This document shows, in pieces, positions 37,690-50,583 of a DNA stretch of 64,000 bases (position 1 is the first letter of the stretch; each line of letters begins with the position of its first letter). Source of the DNA: Monocercomonoides exilis PA203 (Eukaryota; Protista; Preaxostyla); assembly GCA_001643675.2 (NCBI GenBank), contig LSRY02000012.1, forward strand, positions 1,054,001 through 1,118,000, given 5' to 3'. Both the position numbers and the translations under genes were made by a program. The notes below the pieces were generated by a model. The model made no database searches. It saw only the letters and a program-made list of their open reading frames with translations, and was not told the DNA's origin.

Positions 37690-37991
37690 ATTATTTAATT
37701 TCGCGGAGCATTTCATTGGGGCACGAATTTTTTACTTTTAATTTTTTTTAACTCCTTTTTCAAATAATTTGCTAAAGTTGTGAAAATAGCATTCATTTTT
37801 AATATTTTCATGCTTTCCTTTTTTTAGAATCTGCACAAAAGTGTCAATTTTCAGTCATTTAATTGGGAAATGAACTTTTAAAGAAAATAAGATACGTAAA
37901 TCAATATGCTTACAAAACTTTTATCATCACATAATACTCTCATTATAATATCTTGATAAATAAAAATCCAACTTATTTCATTAAAAACACG

Positions 37992-37997
37992 AAAAAA
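37992..37997 (-). terminator. RNA polymerase III T6 terminator of tRNA-Val
   Basis: Six T on the minus strand immediately follow the discriminator base. Confidence 0.75.
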
Positions 37998-38071
37998 TGT
38001 CACGATCCGGGATCGAACCGGAGACCTCATGCGTGTGAAGCATATGTGATAACCAACTACACCATCGTGAC
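37998..38071 (-). tRNA. tRNA-Val (anticodon CAC)
   Basis: Reverse complement GTCACGATGGTGTAGTTGGTTATCACATATGCTTCACACGCATGAGGTCTCCGGTTCGATCCCGGATCGTGACA folds as a cloverleaf. It has acceptor stem GTCACGA/TCGTGAC, anticodon loop TT-CAC-AC and T-loop TTCGATC. Confidence 0.95.
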
Positions 38072-38078
38072 TTGTCGG

Positions 38079-38782
38079 TAGTCGGGGTGGAAACCCGAGC
38101 CAGGGAGGAAACCCGAGCCAGTGATCTTTTTTCGAATATTTTTCATTTTTTTCATTGATGAACAATTTTAAAAAAACGAAATAATTTCACATTATAATAC
38201 ATGTGAATATGCTGGTATGCATGTGGTTTTCGTGTTTCTTTGTTGAATGTATCTATGGAAAAAAAATTATTTTTGATCAAAAAATTTTTTCAGTGAAAAT
38301 TTTTACTAATTTTGAAGAAGAAAAAATTTCACATTTTGTCATCATTTTTGTATATTACACACACATACAATTCATTTACGCGTGTTTTCAATTTTCTTCA
38401 GTGGCTGAATGAGAAATAAAAAATTTTCTGTGTAATAAATTCGAATTTTCACACAGCCACTGAAGAAAATTGAAAACACGCGTAAATGAATTGTATGTGT
38501 GTGTAATATACAAAAATGATGACAAAATGTGAAATTTTTTCTTCTTCAAAATTAGTAAAAATTTTCACTGAAAAAATTTTTTGATCAAAAATAATTTTTT
38601 TTCCATAGATACATTCAACAAAGAAACACGAAAACCACATGCATACCAGCATATTCACATGTATTATAATGTGAAATTATTTCGTTTTTTTAAAATTGTT
38701 CATCAATGAAAAAAATGAAAAATATTCGAAAAAAGATCACTGGCTCGGGTTTCCTCCCTGGCTCGGGTTTCCACCCCGACTA
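38079..38782. mobile_element. 704-bp fold-back palindrome (329-bp arms, 46-bp spacer), probable non-autonomous TIR element/MITE with TA ends
   Basis: 38079-38407 is the reverse complement of 38454-38782. TA occurs at both ends. The subterminal direct repeat GGAAACCCGAGCCAG occurs twice (period 18) in each arm. Mirror-image 69-aa ORFs in the track confirm arm identity. Confidence 0.8.
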
Positions 38783-38999
38783 GGATAGAAGTTTTGTATT
38801 AACTTGTTAAATCATCCACTGTATTATCTGAATATTGTTTTATATTGTGAAACAATAATATTCTTTTGTGTAATAATTGCATTCATTCCATTTATGATTT
38901 GCGTTAAAATATGAAATTTTTAGTTGTAAATTATGTAGAGTATAATATTTTCAGATTGAACGCTTTTGTACATAATTCGAAGAAAACTTGAAGAATAGC

Positions 39000-40410
39000 C
39001 ATCAGATTTTTTTTGATCAATTTTTCAATTCAAATATCTAATCATTGCATTGAATGATTCATTGGCCTCAGTAAAAGAAAGAGTTTGATGTCTGCTGAAG
39101 CTGCTGGTGGTTCTGGAACTGACGAATTGTGTGAGTGATGTACAAATGTGCATTGGAAGATGGAAAGTATGTTGGAAATGATTTGATGATGTTGTAGAAG
39201 ACATGGGAAACATGGTTTCCATTCGTTCGCAAGGACAATTGAGAAGAAGGAAAGAAGAAGGAGAAGATTATGATGATGATGATGATGATGAGGCAGTGGA
39301 AATGATAGAACCATCCTTATTGGCATGTCTGAAGGTGAAGTCGAACCAAACGAAAAGGAGTCTGCAGTGTTTTCAGAAGAAGACTCTGTAAAAGAAGTTT
39401 TACCAACATTTATAGCACTGCCAGCCAGGCATTTGGTGTGTCCAAACATAAACATGAACATTGTCAACATCAATTGAAGTGACTGTGTTTCTTCTGCAAT
39501 TAGCGCTCAATTATATGAAATGATGTTGAAGCAGAGAAATCTTTGTTTAAAGATGAATTTCCACAACGTTTTCCTGTCTGTTCAGCTGAAGATGGAATTA
39601 TGAGTTGCTTCTTCGCATTCCTTGCCTTGTCAACTGGTTTGAGCTGGAATAACATGCAAAAAGAAAAAATGCTCTTCAAAAGTGCAGTCGTTTTGACTCT
39701 GAAGCAAGTAGCTTTTAAATGGAATGCATTAGGCTTTACAGGTAGAAATCAGCTTTCCCTTCCTCTTCTTCCATCTTTTCTCTATTTTTTATTTCATTAA
39801 TTTTTGTTTGTATGTGAAATTCATATAAATCTTGTTTCAATGCTCTTTCGCTCGCTTTTGTCTGCATTTCCCGAAAGGAACAGAATATCACTTTATGCGA
39901 GAAATGAGTTGTCACTCTTGTTGAAATAATTGAAAAAGTGGACATAAAGAAAGATGAATTAGGTGAAGATTGTGAAGAAGAAGGAGAAGAAGGAGAAGAA
40001 GGAGAAGAAGGAGAAGAAGGAGAAGAAGGAGAAGAAGGAGAAGAAGGAGAAGAAGGAGAAGAAGGAGAAGAAGGAGAAGAAGGAGAAGAAGGAGAAGAAG
40101 GAGAAGAAGGAGAAGAAGGAGAAGAAGGAGAAGAAGGAGAAGAAGGAGAAGAAGGAGAAGAAGGAGAAGAAGGAGAAGAAGGAGAAGATGAAGGTGAAGA
40201 AGGTGAATACAAAAACGATGAATTGTGATACCGTATCCAAAAGTGAAGTTTCGAAGGGTTCTTCAAAACACACTGAAATTTGTGAGAATGTAATGGAAAG
40301 TGCGATGCAGCAAACAAACGGAAAAGAAAAAGAAGAAGAAGAAAAGAAAAAGAAAAAGAAAAAGAAAAAGAAAAAGAAGATGAGTTGGCTGGTAAAATGT
40401 TGTTGATGTT
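39000..40410 (+). pseudogene. Decayed acidic protein-coding remnant
   Basis: Short coding-like fragments (RRRKEEGEDYDDDDDDEAVEMIEPSLLACL; IKKDELGEDCEEE) are broken by stops and frameshifts. No intact gene model found. Confidence 0.3.
39977..40183. repeat. Perfect 9-bp tandem repeat (GAAGAAGGA)x23
   Basis: Directly visible in the sequence. Confidence 0.95.
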
Positions 40411-40781
40411 GCGTAAGTGAAAGTGAATGTGAAGGATTGTGTGAGTGTGAGTGAGGTTGAAGCAGAAGCATACGATGTTAATGAGAAGACCGACTAAATT
40501 GAACGAAGAATCCATAATTTTGGTTGAATATGCTTCGTGATAGTAAAAAAATGTTGCTTCAGAACAAAATCTCTTTCTCTTCTCTCTTCTCTCTTCTCTC
40601 TTCTCTATTCTCCTCTAATTTTCCTTTTTGTTTGTTCGTTTGTTTGTTTGTTCGTTCGTTCGTTTGCTGCCATCTTCCTCTTCTAAAACCCTATTTTCAT
40701 TCTGTCTCATTCCGTTTTTTTTTTTTTTTTCGCTTTTCTGAGAGCCTGACAGAAGGAATGGAGTCGAAAAGAACATTCGCT

Positions 40782-42281
40782 TTACAAATGCACAAATAAT
40801 ACAGATGAGCCTTCTGATGGAATGTCATTTTCCGTAATGCTCGAAAAATATGGCATCAATTCATGAAAGCTTGTGGTGATATCTTCGTATCCTTCTTCTT
40901 CTATCTTATCAAACGCTTTCCTTTTGGTTGCCTTTCTTTTCGCCTCGTCAGCTTCATCTTCCTCCCCTTCTTCCAATCGCCATGAAATCGCAATAAAAAA
41001 TGACAAGCATTCACAAGTTGCTTTGTCGTTCAACGTTGGCTGCTGAATCTCTTCCAAAATTACACCAACTGCTTCATTCTCCAGCAAGCCATCAATTTTC
41101 AATGCTCTGCTTATCGCTGCATTTCTCAATGAATAAATGCACTGATTGCGAATTTCCCTGTGATTATCCTTTGCTACTCGAAACACTTGAACAATGCTCC
41201 TGATGAGCTTAGCATATTCTTTACTTCTCAATCTGCATGATTCAATGTAAGGATTAAGTTTTTGGATCCATCTCTCTGATATATTTACATATTTCGTTTC
41301 TTCTCTGCTCATTTCCTCTTCTTTCTTCTTCCAATCCACACATTTCATCAGATCTTCTAGTTCTCTTGTCGCCTCTCTCGCAAAATGTAGCTCATTCTCA
41401 ATTACACTTTCCAAATCTTCATTGAAGAAAAATCGGTTTATGAAAAATCGCCAAGCCGATAGATATGCAAGATGAGTGAGATTTCGGTGTTTCTGATGAT
41501 TCCTGACAATCTCTGTAATTTCATTCAAATATTGTTTTCTTTCAATTTCCTATTTTTCAATTTGCAAATTATTCAATGAGCCAAACAAAGCAACTTAATA
41601 AATCAAGGAATAAATTAATCAAACTTTCCATATACCAATGTTGCTCAAAGCCAGCAAAGCCATTTCCACTTCTTTTTGAACTTCTTCGCTTTCCTCTTTA
41701 TTCAACGCAGCTTTCAGGAGACATAGCACGCAGATTGAACGCAATTCTGGTGGGATGTTGTAACTTAGTGAAATATAGCATTTACAAAGATCAACAAATA
41801 TTTTTTCATTCTTTTCTTCTTTTTTGTGTTCTTCTTCAATAATTATCTCCCCAACCTTTTTCTTCAAGGAAGAATTTTCAAAACAATTAATACATGCACA
41901 TTTCAGCACATTGAAATATCCAACATGTTTCAACATCAAAATTGAATCTTTCAAATATATTTTCCTTTCTTCAATCATTCTGCATATTTTGTCGAATAGC
42001 TCTGTCGTGAAGACAGATTTGAATTCCTTTTCATCCATCTCTTCCATTGCTTCATTCATTTCAAGGATTTTCTGTTTCTGTTCTTCCTTATTACAGCGTT
42101 CAAGGTCAGAAAACAATTCTTTAATAAAAAAATAATAGAAAAAATAGCAATAAATAAGAATTCAAACATAACCATATCTGCAAACCTGTGAACTTTTTTG
42201 TGTTGACTGTCTCCTATGTTTTTGAAAAAGCATTGCAGGCAGAAAACAGCAACATTTTTGCCATTCACATTGAAAGTTCAT
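40782..42281 (-). CDS. Lineage-specific helical family protein, copy A (probably 4 exons)
   Basis: Exon LFSDLERC..EVEMALLALSNIGIWK splices (intron 41550-41624, phase 0) to EIERKQYLNEITEI..EEEGYED..FVHL*. Two upstream mini-exons give MNFQFNTKKFTE (tentative). Confidence 0.75.
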
Positions 42282-42300
42282 ATATTTGGATAGAAGAAAA
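41635..42300 (-). repeat. Shared 5' tract, copy A (666 bp)
   Basis: Matches 49937-50602 at a constant offset of 8302. Only two substitutions were seen (41660 and 42284). Confidence 0.9.
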
Positions 42301-42599
42301 CAAACGAATAAAAAATCACAAAATAATCACAAAAATCTATGAATTCACGCCATATTTCTGTATACAAGCACTTTGAGAAGGTTCTATAAAGAAAAGAAAC
42401 GTTTTATTTCTTTGTTGGTTTGTTGTTATGGATGTTCTGATCGAATTGTAGTATTTGAACTGAAAAATCGATTGGCAAAATGAGAAATGTGTGAATAAAT
42501 ATTAACTACGGAAGTAGAGATATTATTTCATGAGGTTGCAGAAGACAATTTTGGCAATGCATTGATTTTGAAATTCCATCTGATAATTTTTGAAATTAG

Positions 42600-45500
42600 G
42601 TGGCCAAGGTAACACAACGATTTCATTATTGAATTCAAACAAATTAATAGTTACACTTTATAATGTTCTATTTATTTTCAAGATATTTCCATCTATCGTC
42701 TTCTCAAAGTCAGCAATTTGATAAATTATACAAATGCGGAAGTCTTTAATCATTCAGAGCAGTATTTTGTGTTTGGAAAGAAAGCATGTGAGGCAACCGT
42801 TCATGTGGCAGGCATTCGAAGGTATTTGAGCCTGTTCAATCTTAATGAAACTTGTAACTCCTTGAGATACTGTGGAAGAGTTTGAAAAGAAGAATTGGAT
42901 TTCACTTTTTGTAGAAATGTGGAAATTAATCCATTTTGGTGAAGAATGGATGAACATCAATTCTGCTTGAATGTCTGTTGAAATCGAATTAATAAAGAAA
43001 AATATTGGATTTGATTCAGTATTATTGGAGAAAACGGACATTGCAGACACAAAAAAATTATTGAAAAATGATCGATAAATTTGTTTTGAAGGTTTGCTAT
43101 GTTTTTATATTTTTTTAGAATTTTTTCTATTGATTTTCTGATGCAGGCCGTCAAAAAGCGAGGGATTGGATAGCTTTGAAGAAAAAGAAGAAAAGAAGGG
43201 AAGAAAAAGGCAAAAAATACAAAGATTGATGGAATAAAAGATATAACAGTGAATTTGATCTCTGGTTTTCTGGCAAAAAGTTATTTTTGAGGAAAGATGA
43301 TTTGAATGAAAGAAGAGAAGTGAAAAAGTTGTGTTACGAATGAAAAAGAAACAGAAAAGATGGAAAATCACATGACCCCAGTTTTTTATGGAAAGGAGAG
43401 GATTGAGTTGAATGAGCGAGGAATTTGTAGGATCTAGTTTTATAGAAGAATATTCATGATTAAAAAAGAGGAAGCTTGATGGAGATTAATTTAGAAAACT
43501 TTTCTGTTGCATTTATTGTCATTTTTCTTCGCAATTCCAAACCTCCAATTATTTCATTCAATTCATTGTCGTAGTCTTCTTCTTCTTCTTATGTATCTAC
43601 AATGTTTCACACAATAACAACAACTTCTTCTTCTTCCGATTGAATTTCTTCATATTCTGCATCACCATCGAGATTATTTGAGAGAAGAAATGGAAATGAA
43701 GAATCTTGCTTGAGCAATGATGTTTTATACAGAAGATGAAAATGAATATTTTTACGAAAGGGAAGTAAAGGCAGGCAAGAAAACTCGCATTAAGCTTGTG
43801 AAAGTTTCTTTCATCTGGAATTGGAGCTTTGCAAACTCCAGATATCGAGGATAGAATGACAAACATTTTATGGAATCTATCTGATACATCATGGCTTCTG
43901 CGGGATTTTTGTTTGAATCAACAGAATGAGCAGATAACAGCAATTACCACATTCTCCATTTTTGAAATGAACTTTTCATATGCCTCTCATTTAATACATC
44001 TGATGTTCGACCAGAACGATAATTCATTCAAAATTAGCATCGCTTCTTCATCTTCTAATTTCATCTCAACTTTTGAAGAAACCCTATTCCATCTTTTCCC
44101 ATTGCTCGAGAACGGCGAGCTTTCGCGACTGGTTGATCTTTCTGATCAGAATATGGATGTTGTGTATGTGTCGTAGGTGGAGCTGTTGCCTGATACGAAA
44201 GCCTGCCTCAAAAAGCTTCTTGTGTCCAGGGGTAGCACAGAAGTAGTCTCTTCGTTCAGAGCCTTTGTCTTCTTCGCCTTCATCAACTGGAGCACACTCC
44301 GGTCTGCTTCGTCATTCCGGAGGCGGAGAAGAGAAGAGAAGAAGGCAGCAGGATATTAAAAGCCATCATCATCATCATCTTCTTCTTCTTCTTTTGCTTC
44401 CAACAGCCTTTTTTGGCTATTTTTTCGAATTCGTCTTCTTCCTTTTTTGGAATGCAGAATGAGATAGAATTGGGTGTGCTTAAACAAAATCCATTCTTTT
44501 TTGGCATTGTTGATGAAATATCGTTTTTGAAGGTGATTTTTGGAAAATATTCATGATCTGTGCCAAAGCCCAGATGAATGAAACAAGGGATGGTGGCAAC
44601 CGATTAAGGAAGTAACATGGAAAAGAAAAGAAATCCACCAATGATTCATCAGTCCAACCAAAAAAGAAAGACAGGTTACTTCATGGAACATTGAATGAAA
44701 CTCTTTCTTTTTCTTCATTGAGTTTCTATTAAGTGATTCATCAACATGCTAATATTGCACAACTGTTTTCCTTGTGGAAACAATAAGATCACTTTTGTTT
44801 GTGGGGCATTCAAAGTAGAGGGCAGATGGTGTATATTAGATGCCATTTGCATCTTCTTCTTCATTGTCTTCTTCATTCTTCATTGTGTATTTAATCATTT
44901 CAGCAACATCTTCATTTTTACGCCTTAACATTTCATTTATCTGTAGTCACTCAAATGCAAATATCTCATTCTCCATCTTTTTCACAGAGAAATTATCATT
45001 TTCCTCGAAATATTCCTTTTTTCCCAATAATTTAGCAACTCATCAATCAACGTAGATGAAAAACATAATTATTTATTTAATTTTATTTTATTATATTTTA
45101 TTTTATTTTATTTTATTTTATTTTATTTTATTTTATTTTATTTTATTTTATTTTATTTTATTTTATTTTATTTTATTTTATTTTATTTTATTTTATTTTT
45201 ATTTTATTTTATTTTATTTTATTTTATTTTATTTTATTTTATTTTATTTTATTTTATTTTATTTTATTTTATTTTATTTTATTTTATTTTATTTTATTTT
45301 ATTTTATTTTATTTTATTTTATTTTATTTTATTTTATTTTATTTTATTTTATTTTATTTTATTATTATTATTATTATTATTATTTTGTCCTTCTCACCTT
45401 CTCACTTCCATCATCATCAAGGGAAGAGGATTCATTTCAATTGTGAGCTATTCTTTCATCCACTTTTGAATGGATCTGTTTCATAGACTGTGAATGCTGC

Positions 45501-47050
45501 AACAACTTTCATTAATTTTTGGAAACAGATTCGTTAAGTATGATTAAGAAAACAAAAGCCTGTAAATTGAATGTTTTTTCAACCAGTTTTGAGAATTTTA
45601 TTTCTTCGTTTTCATGCCTTGTGTACATTTTATTTTCAAAGTGATTATTAAACAAGGCACATTTGGAGGAGTAACAGAAAGAATGATAGAAAGAGAAAGT
45701 GATCTTTTGTCGCTGAGAAGATACAATACATCAGCCATTCACCAAAAGAAAATATCATATTTCTTCAAATTCATTTTCATCTCACAAATCCGCTTTTCGT
45801 TCACGGGGTTTTGATTTCTCTTCTTCAATTTTCTGAAGTCATATGAAACTTGGAAAAGCAAGAAAGGAAACTAAAAAAGCACAAAACTGTTCGAAAGACA
45901 GACGAGAGGCTGTTGGAGACGATGAATGAATGCGTGCATATGCGTTTCTTTCATGAAATTTTTGAGTGGGTATATCATTTGAGGAAAACATTTGAAGAGA
46001 GAAAAAAGATGAAGAAGAAGCAGAAGAAGAAAATGAAGAAATGTTGAATGGATTCTAATTTCATAACAGCCAACATCAGCAACGGACAGCAGTTTCATTG
46101 AGTGTTGCAATATGAGAATTTTAAGGCAATTTAAACAACAAATTCTCAAAAACGAAAAAGGTCTTCTTTTCATCAATCAAGTTAATAAAAAATATCTTCA
46201 ATGAAGAAATCGGAGGAGAATAAGAAGAAACCATATAATCTTCAAAAATACTGCATGAAATGGATTGTTCTTGAAAATGAGCTCAACATGAAAAAAGCTG
46301 TTCATTGGAATGGAAACAAAAAGATATAAAATAAAAATAATTGGTTTTGCATTGATTATTAAGATTCCTCAAAAGTACACACCTGCCCTCCGTATCGCAA
46401 ATACAGAGATTATTCAATCACTGTGCTGTCAATCTCCTTTTTCATTATTTCTCAGTGCTCCTTTCTCCATCATCCTTTATTCCCACATAAATATCCTGCT
46501 TTTGATGTTGTCATGCACTTTTTTTCTGATAAAAATATTTGGCATTTTATCTTTCTTTCCAAGTGCTTTCTAATCGTTGACATTCTTCTTTTTCCTCTCA
46601 TCCATATGCTTTGAAATCGAATCTGCTTTTCCCCTGTTCAGGATGAATACAAAATATATGCAATTCCCATCTGCCGATTGTATCTTGGCATCCAGCACTC
46701 TTCTGATATTCTCCTCAGAAAAACATAAGAATGGCCATTCATATAATTTATCAGATTCTTGCACTCTGAGAAGGCCACAGATGGAAACATATTTAAAATG
46801 AACAAGAACAATAAAAAATGCAATCATCATAATATCATATATTTTGGAAAATGAATTTCCTTCAAAGATGCATTTCATAAAAATCATCTCGCTCAATTTC
46901 AAAATTGATGCATCTCCACCGTTGTTGGTGTTTTCCCAGGAAATAATATTTCTTGTTCCACATGTGATGTTCACTTCCCGTTCCATCATAATATGAATGA
47001 ACATTCGGTTTGAAAGAAAATAACTCGATCATTTTATCCATAATGAATAA
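42600..47050. pseudogene. Mosaic of decayed coding fragments on both strands, no intact gene
   Basis: Many 60-145 aa ORFs with coding-like composition are interrupted by frequent stops. No recognisable domain. Confidence 0.25.
45078..45361. repeat. (TTTTA)n microsatellite, ~55 units, followed by (TTA)n
   Basis: Directly visible in the sequence. Confidence 0.95.
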
Positions 47051-47167
47051 AGAAAAATTGTAAAAACTTTGTTTTTTTCATCATTCATTGTCAAAAACAC
47101 AAATGCAAAAAATGACGGTATGAACACTCATATTTTAAAGCTTTTTTGAGATTGTATTTGTGATGTG

Positions 47168-47817
47168 TTTCTTCTATCCAAACATATGAACTTTCAATGT
47201 GAATGGCAAAAATGTTGCTGTTTTCTGCCTGCAATGCTTTTTCAAAAACATAGGAGACAGTCAACACAAAAAAGTTCACAGGTTTGCAGATATGGTTATG
47301 TTTGAATTCTTATTTATTGCTATTTTTTCTATTATTTTTTTATTAAAGAATTGTTTTCTGACCTTGAACGCTGTAATAAGGAAGAACAGAAACAGAAAAT
47401 CCTTGAAATGAATGAAGCAATGGAAGAGATGGATGAAAAGGAATTCAAATCTGTCTTCACGACAGAGCTATTCGACAAAATATGCAGAATGATTGAAGAA
47501 AGGAAAATATATTTGAAAGATTCAATTTTGATGTTGAAACATGTTGGATATTTCAATGTGCTGAAATGTGCATGTATTAATTGTTTTGAAAATTCTTCCT
47601 TGAAGAAAAAGGTTGGGGAGATAATTATTGAAGAAGAACACAAAAAAGAAGAAAAGAATGAAAAAATATTTGTTGATCTTTGTAAATGCTATATTTCACT
47701 AAGTTACAACATCCCACCAGAATTGCGTTCAATCTGCGTGCTATGTCTCCTGAAAGCTGCGTTGAATAAAGAGGAAAGCGAAGAAGTTCAAAAAGAAGTG
47801 GAAATGACTTTGCTGGC
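47168..47817 (+). repeat. Shared 5' tract, copy B (650 bp, inverted relative to A and C)
   Basis: Reverse complement of 41650-42299 (constant coordinate sum 89467). Sense and antisense ORF translations in the track match across the copies. Confidence 0.9.
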
Positions 47818-48652
47818 GTTGAGCAATATTACGATGTGGAAGGTCAAATTTATTTTTTTTCATGTTTTTGAATTGGATTTTTTTTTTTATCTTTTTCTTT
47901 TTTAGAATATACCAGAAGAATTATTTTTGAGTGAGATCAAAGAGATCATCAAATATCATCAAGATCATCACAATCTGACACGACTTGCTTTCCAATCTGC
48001 TTGGCAGTTTTTAACAAGCAGATTACTTTTCATAAAGAAATTGGAAACAGTTATTTTAAATGAGCTTCATTTTGTGGGGGAGGCAAGAAGAGAATTGGAA
48101 GAGTCGATAAGACATATTGATTGGAAGGGAAAAGGAGAGGAAAAAGAAAAGAATAGAATTGAAAGGAAAGAAGAAATTCTTTTGGTGAGGTGGCTCCGAA
48201 TGTTGGGGCGTTTTTTTGTCAAATGCAAATTGTGGAATGAAGAATCTACCGAACTTTTCAGCAGTATTGTTCAGGTATTTGGAGTAGCAAAGGGTAATTA
48301 CAGTGAAATATGCGAGGAATGCATTCGATCATTTATTGCAGCAGTTAAAAATAGAGTTGTGATACTTGATTCCTTGCTGAAAATTGGTGCTATTGATGCT
48401 GCTTTTGAGGAGATTCCAAAATCAACAATCAAAGTCCAAATGATATATTATTGCTTGAAATTTTTTATTGAAATTTCAAGGCGAATAAAAGAAGAAAAGG
48501 AAAGAAAAGATCTGAAAAGGAAGGTGTTTGACAAATTGGAAGAAGAAGGATATGAAGATATCATCATCGGATTGTGCTATTGTATGTATAAATGGGAGTT
48601 TGGCTATCTTCATTTGATTAAGAATTGTCCAGATTATTTTGTGTATTTGTAG
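47186..48652 (+). CDS. Lineage-specific helical family protein, copy B (probably 4 exons)
   Basis: Same 5' exons as copy A. Intron 47843-47905 (phase 0) leads to NIPEELFLSEIKEII..EEEGYEDII..DYFVYL*. Confidence 0.75.
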
Positions 48653-49079
48653 TTTATCTGATTTCTTTCATTCACTTCATCTTTTTGCATTTCCATTTTA
48701 TTATTTTTTGTGCAGAACACTCATTCGCTTGAGAAATAAAGGAATTAAGATTTGCAAAAATAGATGAAAGTGTTTTCTCAAAGAATATCAAGTGTTTTCG
48801 AGAAAAATGAACATATTTAAAAAAGAATAAAATTAAAAATTAGAAAAAAAAAATCTATCAGAAAATGAATCAATCTTGTTGAATTATTCTCTTGTTATGA
48901 AAAAAATATAACAACTTCAAAAAAATTATCAAATATTAGTGAAACTCATTCAATGAAAAATATCTGGACTTTCAAATCTGAATTTTTTAAAGCAATAGAA
49001 TGGAGGATAAGGAAAATAGGTTGGCCATTTCACAGTTCATCTAATTTTTGAGTTATAAAGTGAAATGCATTTCAATTCC

Positions 49080-50583
49080 TCATATATTCACAAAATAATC
49101 GGAAATATTCAACGACAATGATATCTTAAAAAAATAATTTCTGTTTAAAAAATTCAATCTTTCATAAAAAGTTGCGATTGCATCTTCGTATCCTTCTTCT
49201 TCCATCTTTTCAGATATCTCTTTTTTTGTTGATTTTCTTTTCTCTTCTTCCATTTCATCTATCTTCTTTCCTTTCAACCGCTTCGAAATATTCATTAAAA
49301 ATGTAAATCTTTCTTGTTCTATTTTGTCATTCATTGTTGGTCTCCGCATATCCTCCAAAATTTCATCAATTGCTCCTCCTTTCAACAAGACATCAACTGT
49401 CACGGATTCATTTCTCGCTGCTGCTTCGAACAAATGAATGCATTGATCGCAAATTTCTATGTAAATATCACTTGCTATTCGATGCATCTGAGCAATGCAG
49501 ATCACAAGTCCAGAACATTATTCATTCCACAATTCGCACGAGAAAAAAAAGACCACAATGTTTGAATATGTCTCATTAAAGCAAATTCTTCTTCCGTTTC
49601 TTTTCCTCTTTACTCACTTTTAATTCTCTTCCAATCAATATTTTTTATCAGTTCTTCCTGTTCTCTTGCAACTTCTCTTGCAAAATGCAGCTCATTCACA
49701 ATAACTATTTCCAAGTCTTTGTAGTTAAAAAATCTTTTGTTCAAAAACTCCCAAGCAGACTGATAGGCAAGGCTGGTGAGATTGCGATGTTCATAATGAT
49801 ATTTGATGATTTCCATGATTTCATAAACGTAAAGTTCTTGTGACACTTTCAATAAAAAAGGGAGAAATATCATAAATGAAGCTAAAATATTTCAATGCTA
49901 TCAAAAATGAAAGGAAATGTTCATGCCACAATCGGCCCAATGTTGCTCAAAGCCAGCAAAGTCATTTCCACTTCTTTTTGAACTTCTTCGCTTTCCTCTT
50001 TATTCAACGCAGCTTTCAGGAGACATAGCACGCAGATTGAACGCAATTCTGGTGGGATGTTGTAACTTAGTGAAATATAGCATTTACAAAGATCAACAAA
50101 TATTTTTTCATTCTTTTCTTCTTTTTTGTGTTCTTCTTCAATAATTATCTCCCCAACCTTTTTCTTCAAGGAAGAATTTTCAAAACAATTAATACATGCA
50201 CATTTCAGCACATTGAAATATCCAACATGTTTCAACATCAAAATTGAATCTTTCAAATATATTTTCCTTTCTTCAATCATTCTGCATATTTTGTCGAATA
50301 GCTCTGTCGTGAAGACAGATTTGAATTCCTTTTCATCCATCTCTTCCATTGCTTCATTCATTTCAAGGATTTTCTGTTTCTGTTCTTCCTTATTACAGCG
50401 TTCAAGGTCAGAAAACAATTCTTTAATAAAAAAATAATAGAAAAAATAGCAATAAATAAGAATTCAAACATAACCATATCTGCAAACCTGTGAACTTTTT
50501 TGTGTTGACTGTCTCCTATGTTTTTGAAAAAGCATTGCAGGCAGAAAACAGCAACATTTTTGCCATTCACATTGAAAGTTCAT
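49080..50583 (-). pseudogene. Lineage-specific helical family, copy C, disrupted last exon
   Basis: The 5' exons are identical to A and B. The last exon has TAA at 49612-49610 and 49520-49518 where paralogues have Glu, plus a frameshift near the A8 run at 49543-49550. The obvious last-intron donor and acceptor are out of phase. Confidence 0.7.

Noticed and set aside
37878-38165. 95-aa ORF with a repeated WLGFPP motif
   Set aside because: It overlaps the tRNA and the element's subterminal repeats, so it is spurious.
38203-38658. Two near-identical 69-aa ORFs on opposite strands
   Set aside because: They are by-products of the palindrome arms. The same applies to the mirror ORFs at 52435-52896.
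39736-40515. ORFs of (SSP)n, (EEG)n, (KKE)n and (FFS)n, and the (FILFY)n ORF at 45056-45469
   Set aside because: These are translations of microsatellites.
43600-44700. Possible retroelement or transposase remnant on the minus strand
   Set aside because: No RT (YxDD), integrase or DDE motif could be recognised. A translated HMM search would be needed.
49518-49612. In-frame TAA codons in copy C as a sign of stop-codon reassignment (known in the oxymonad Streblomastix)
   Set aside because: TAA ends SmD2, NEDD8 and RPS24 at the expected positions, and multi-kb ORFs contain no internal TAA/TAG. Copy C also has a frameshift.
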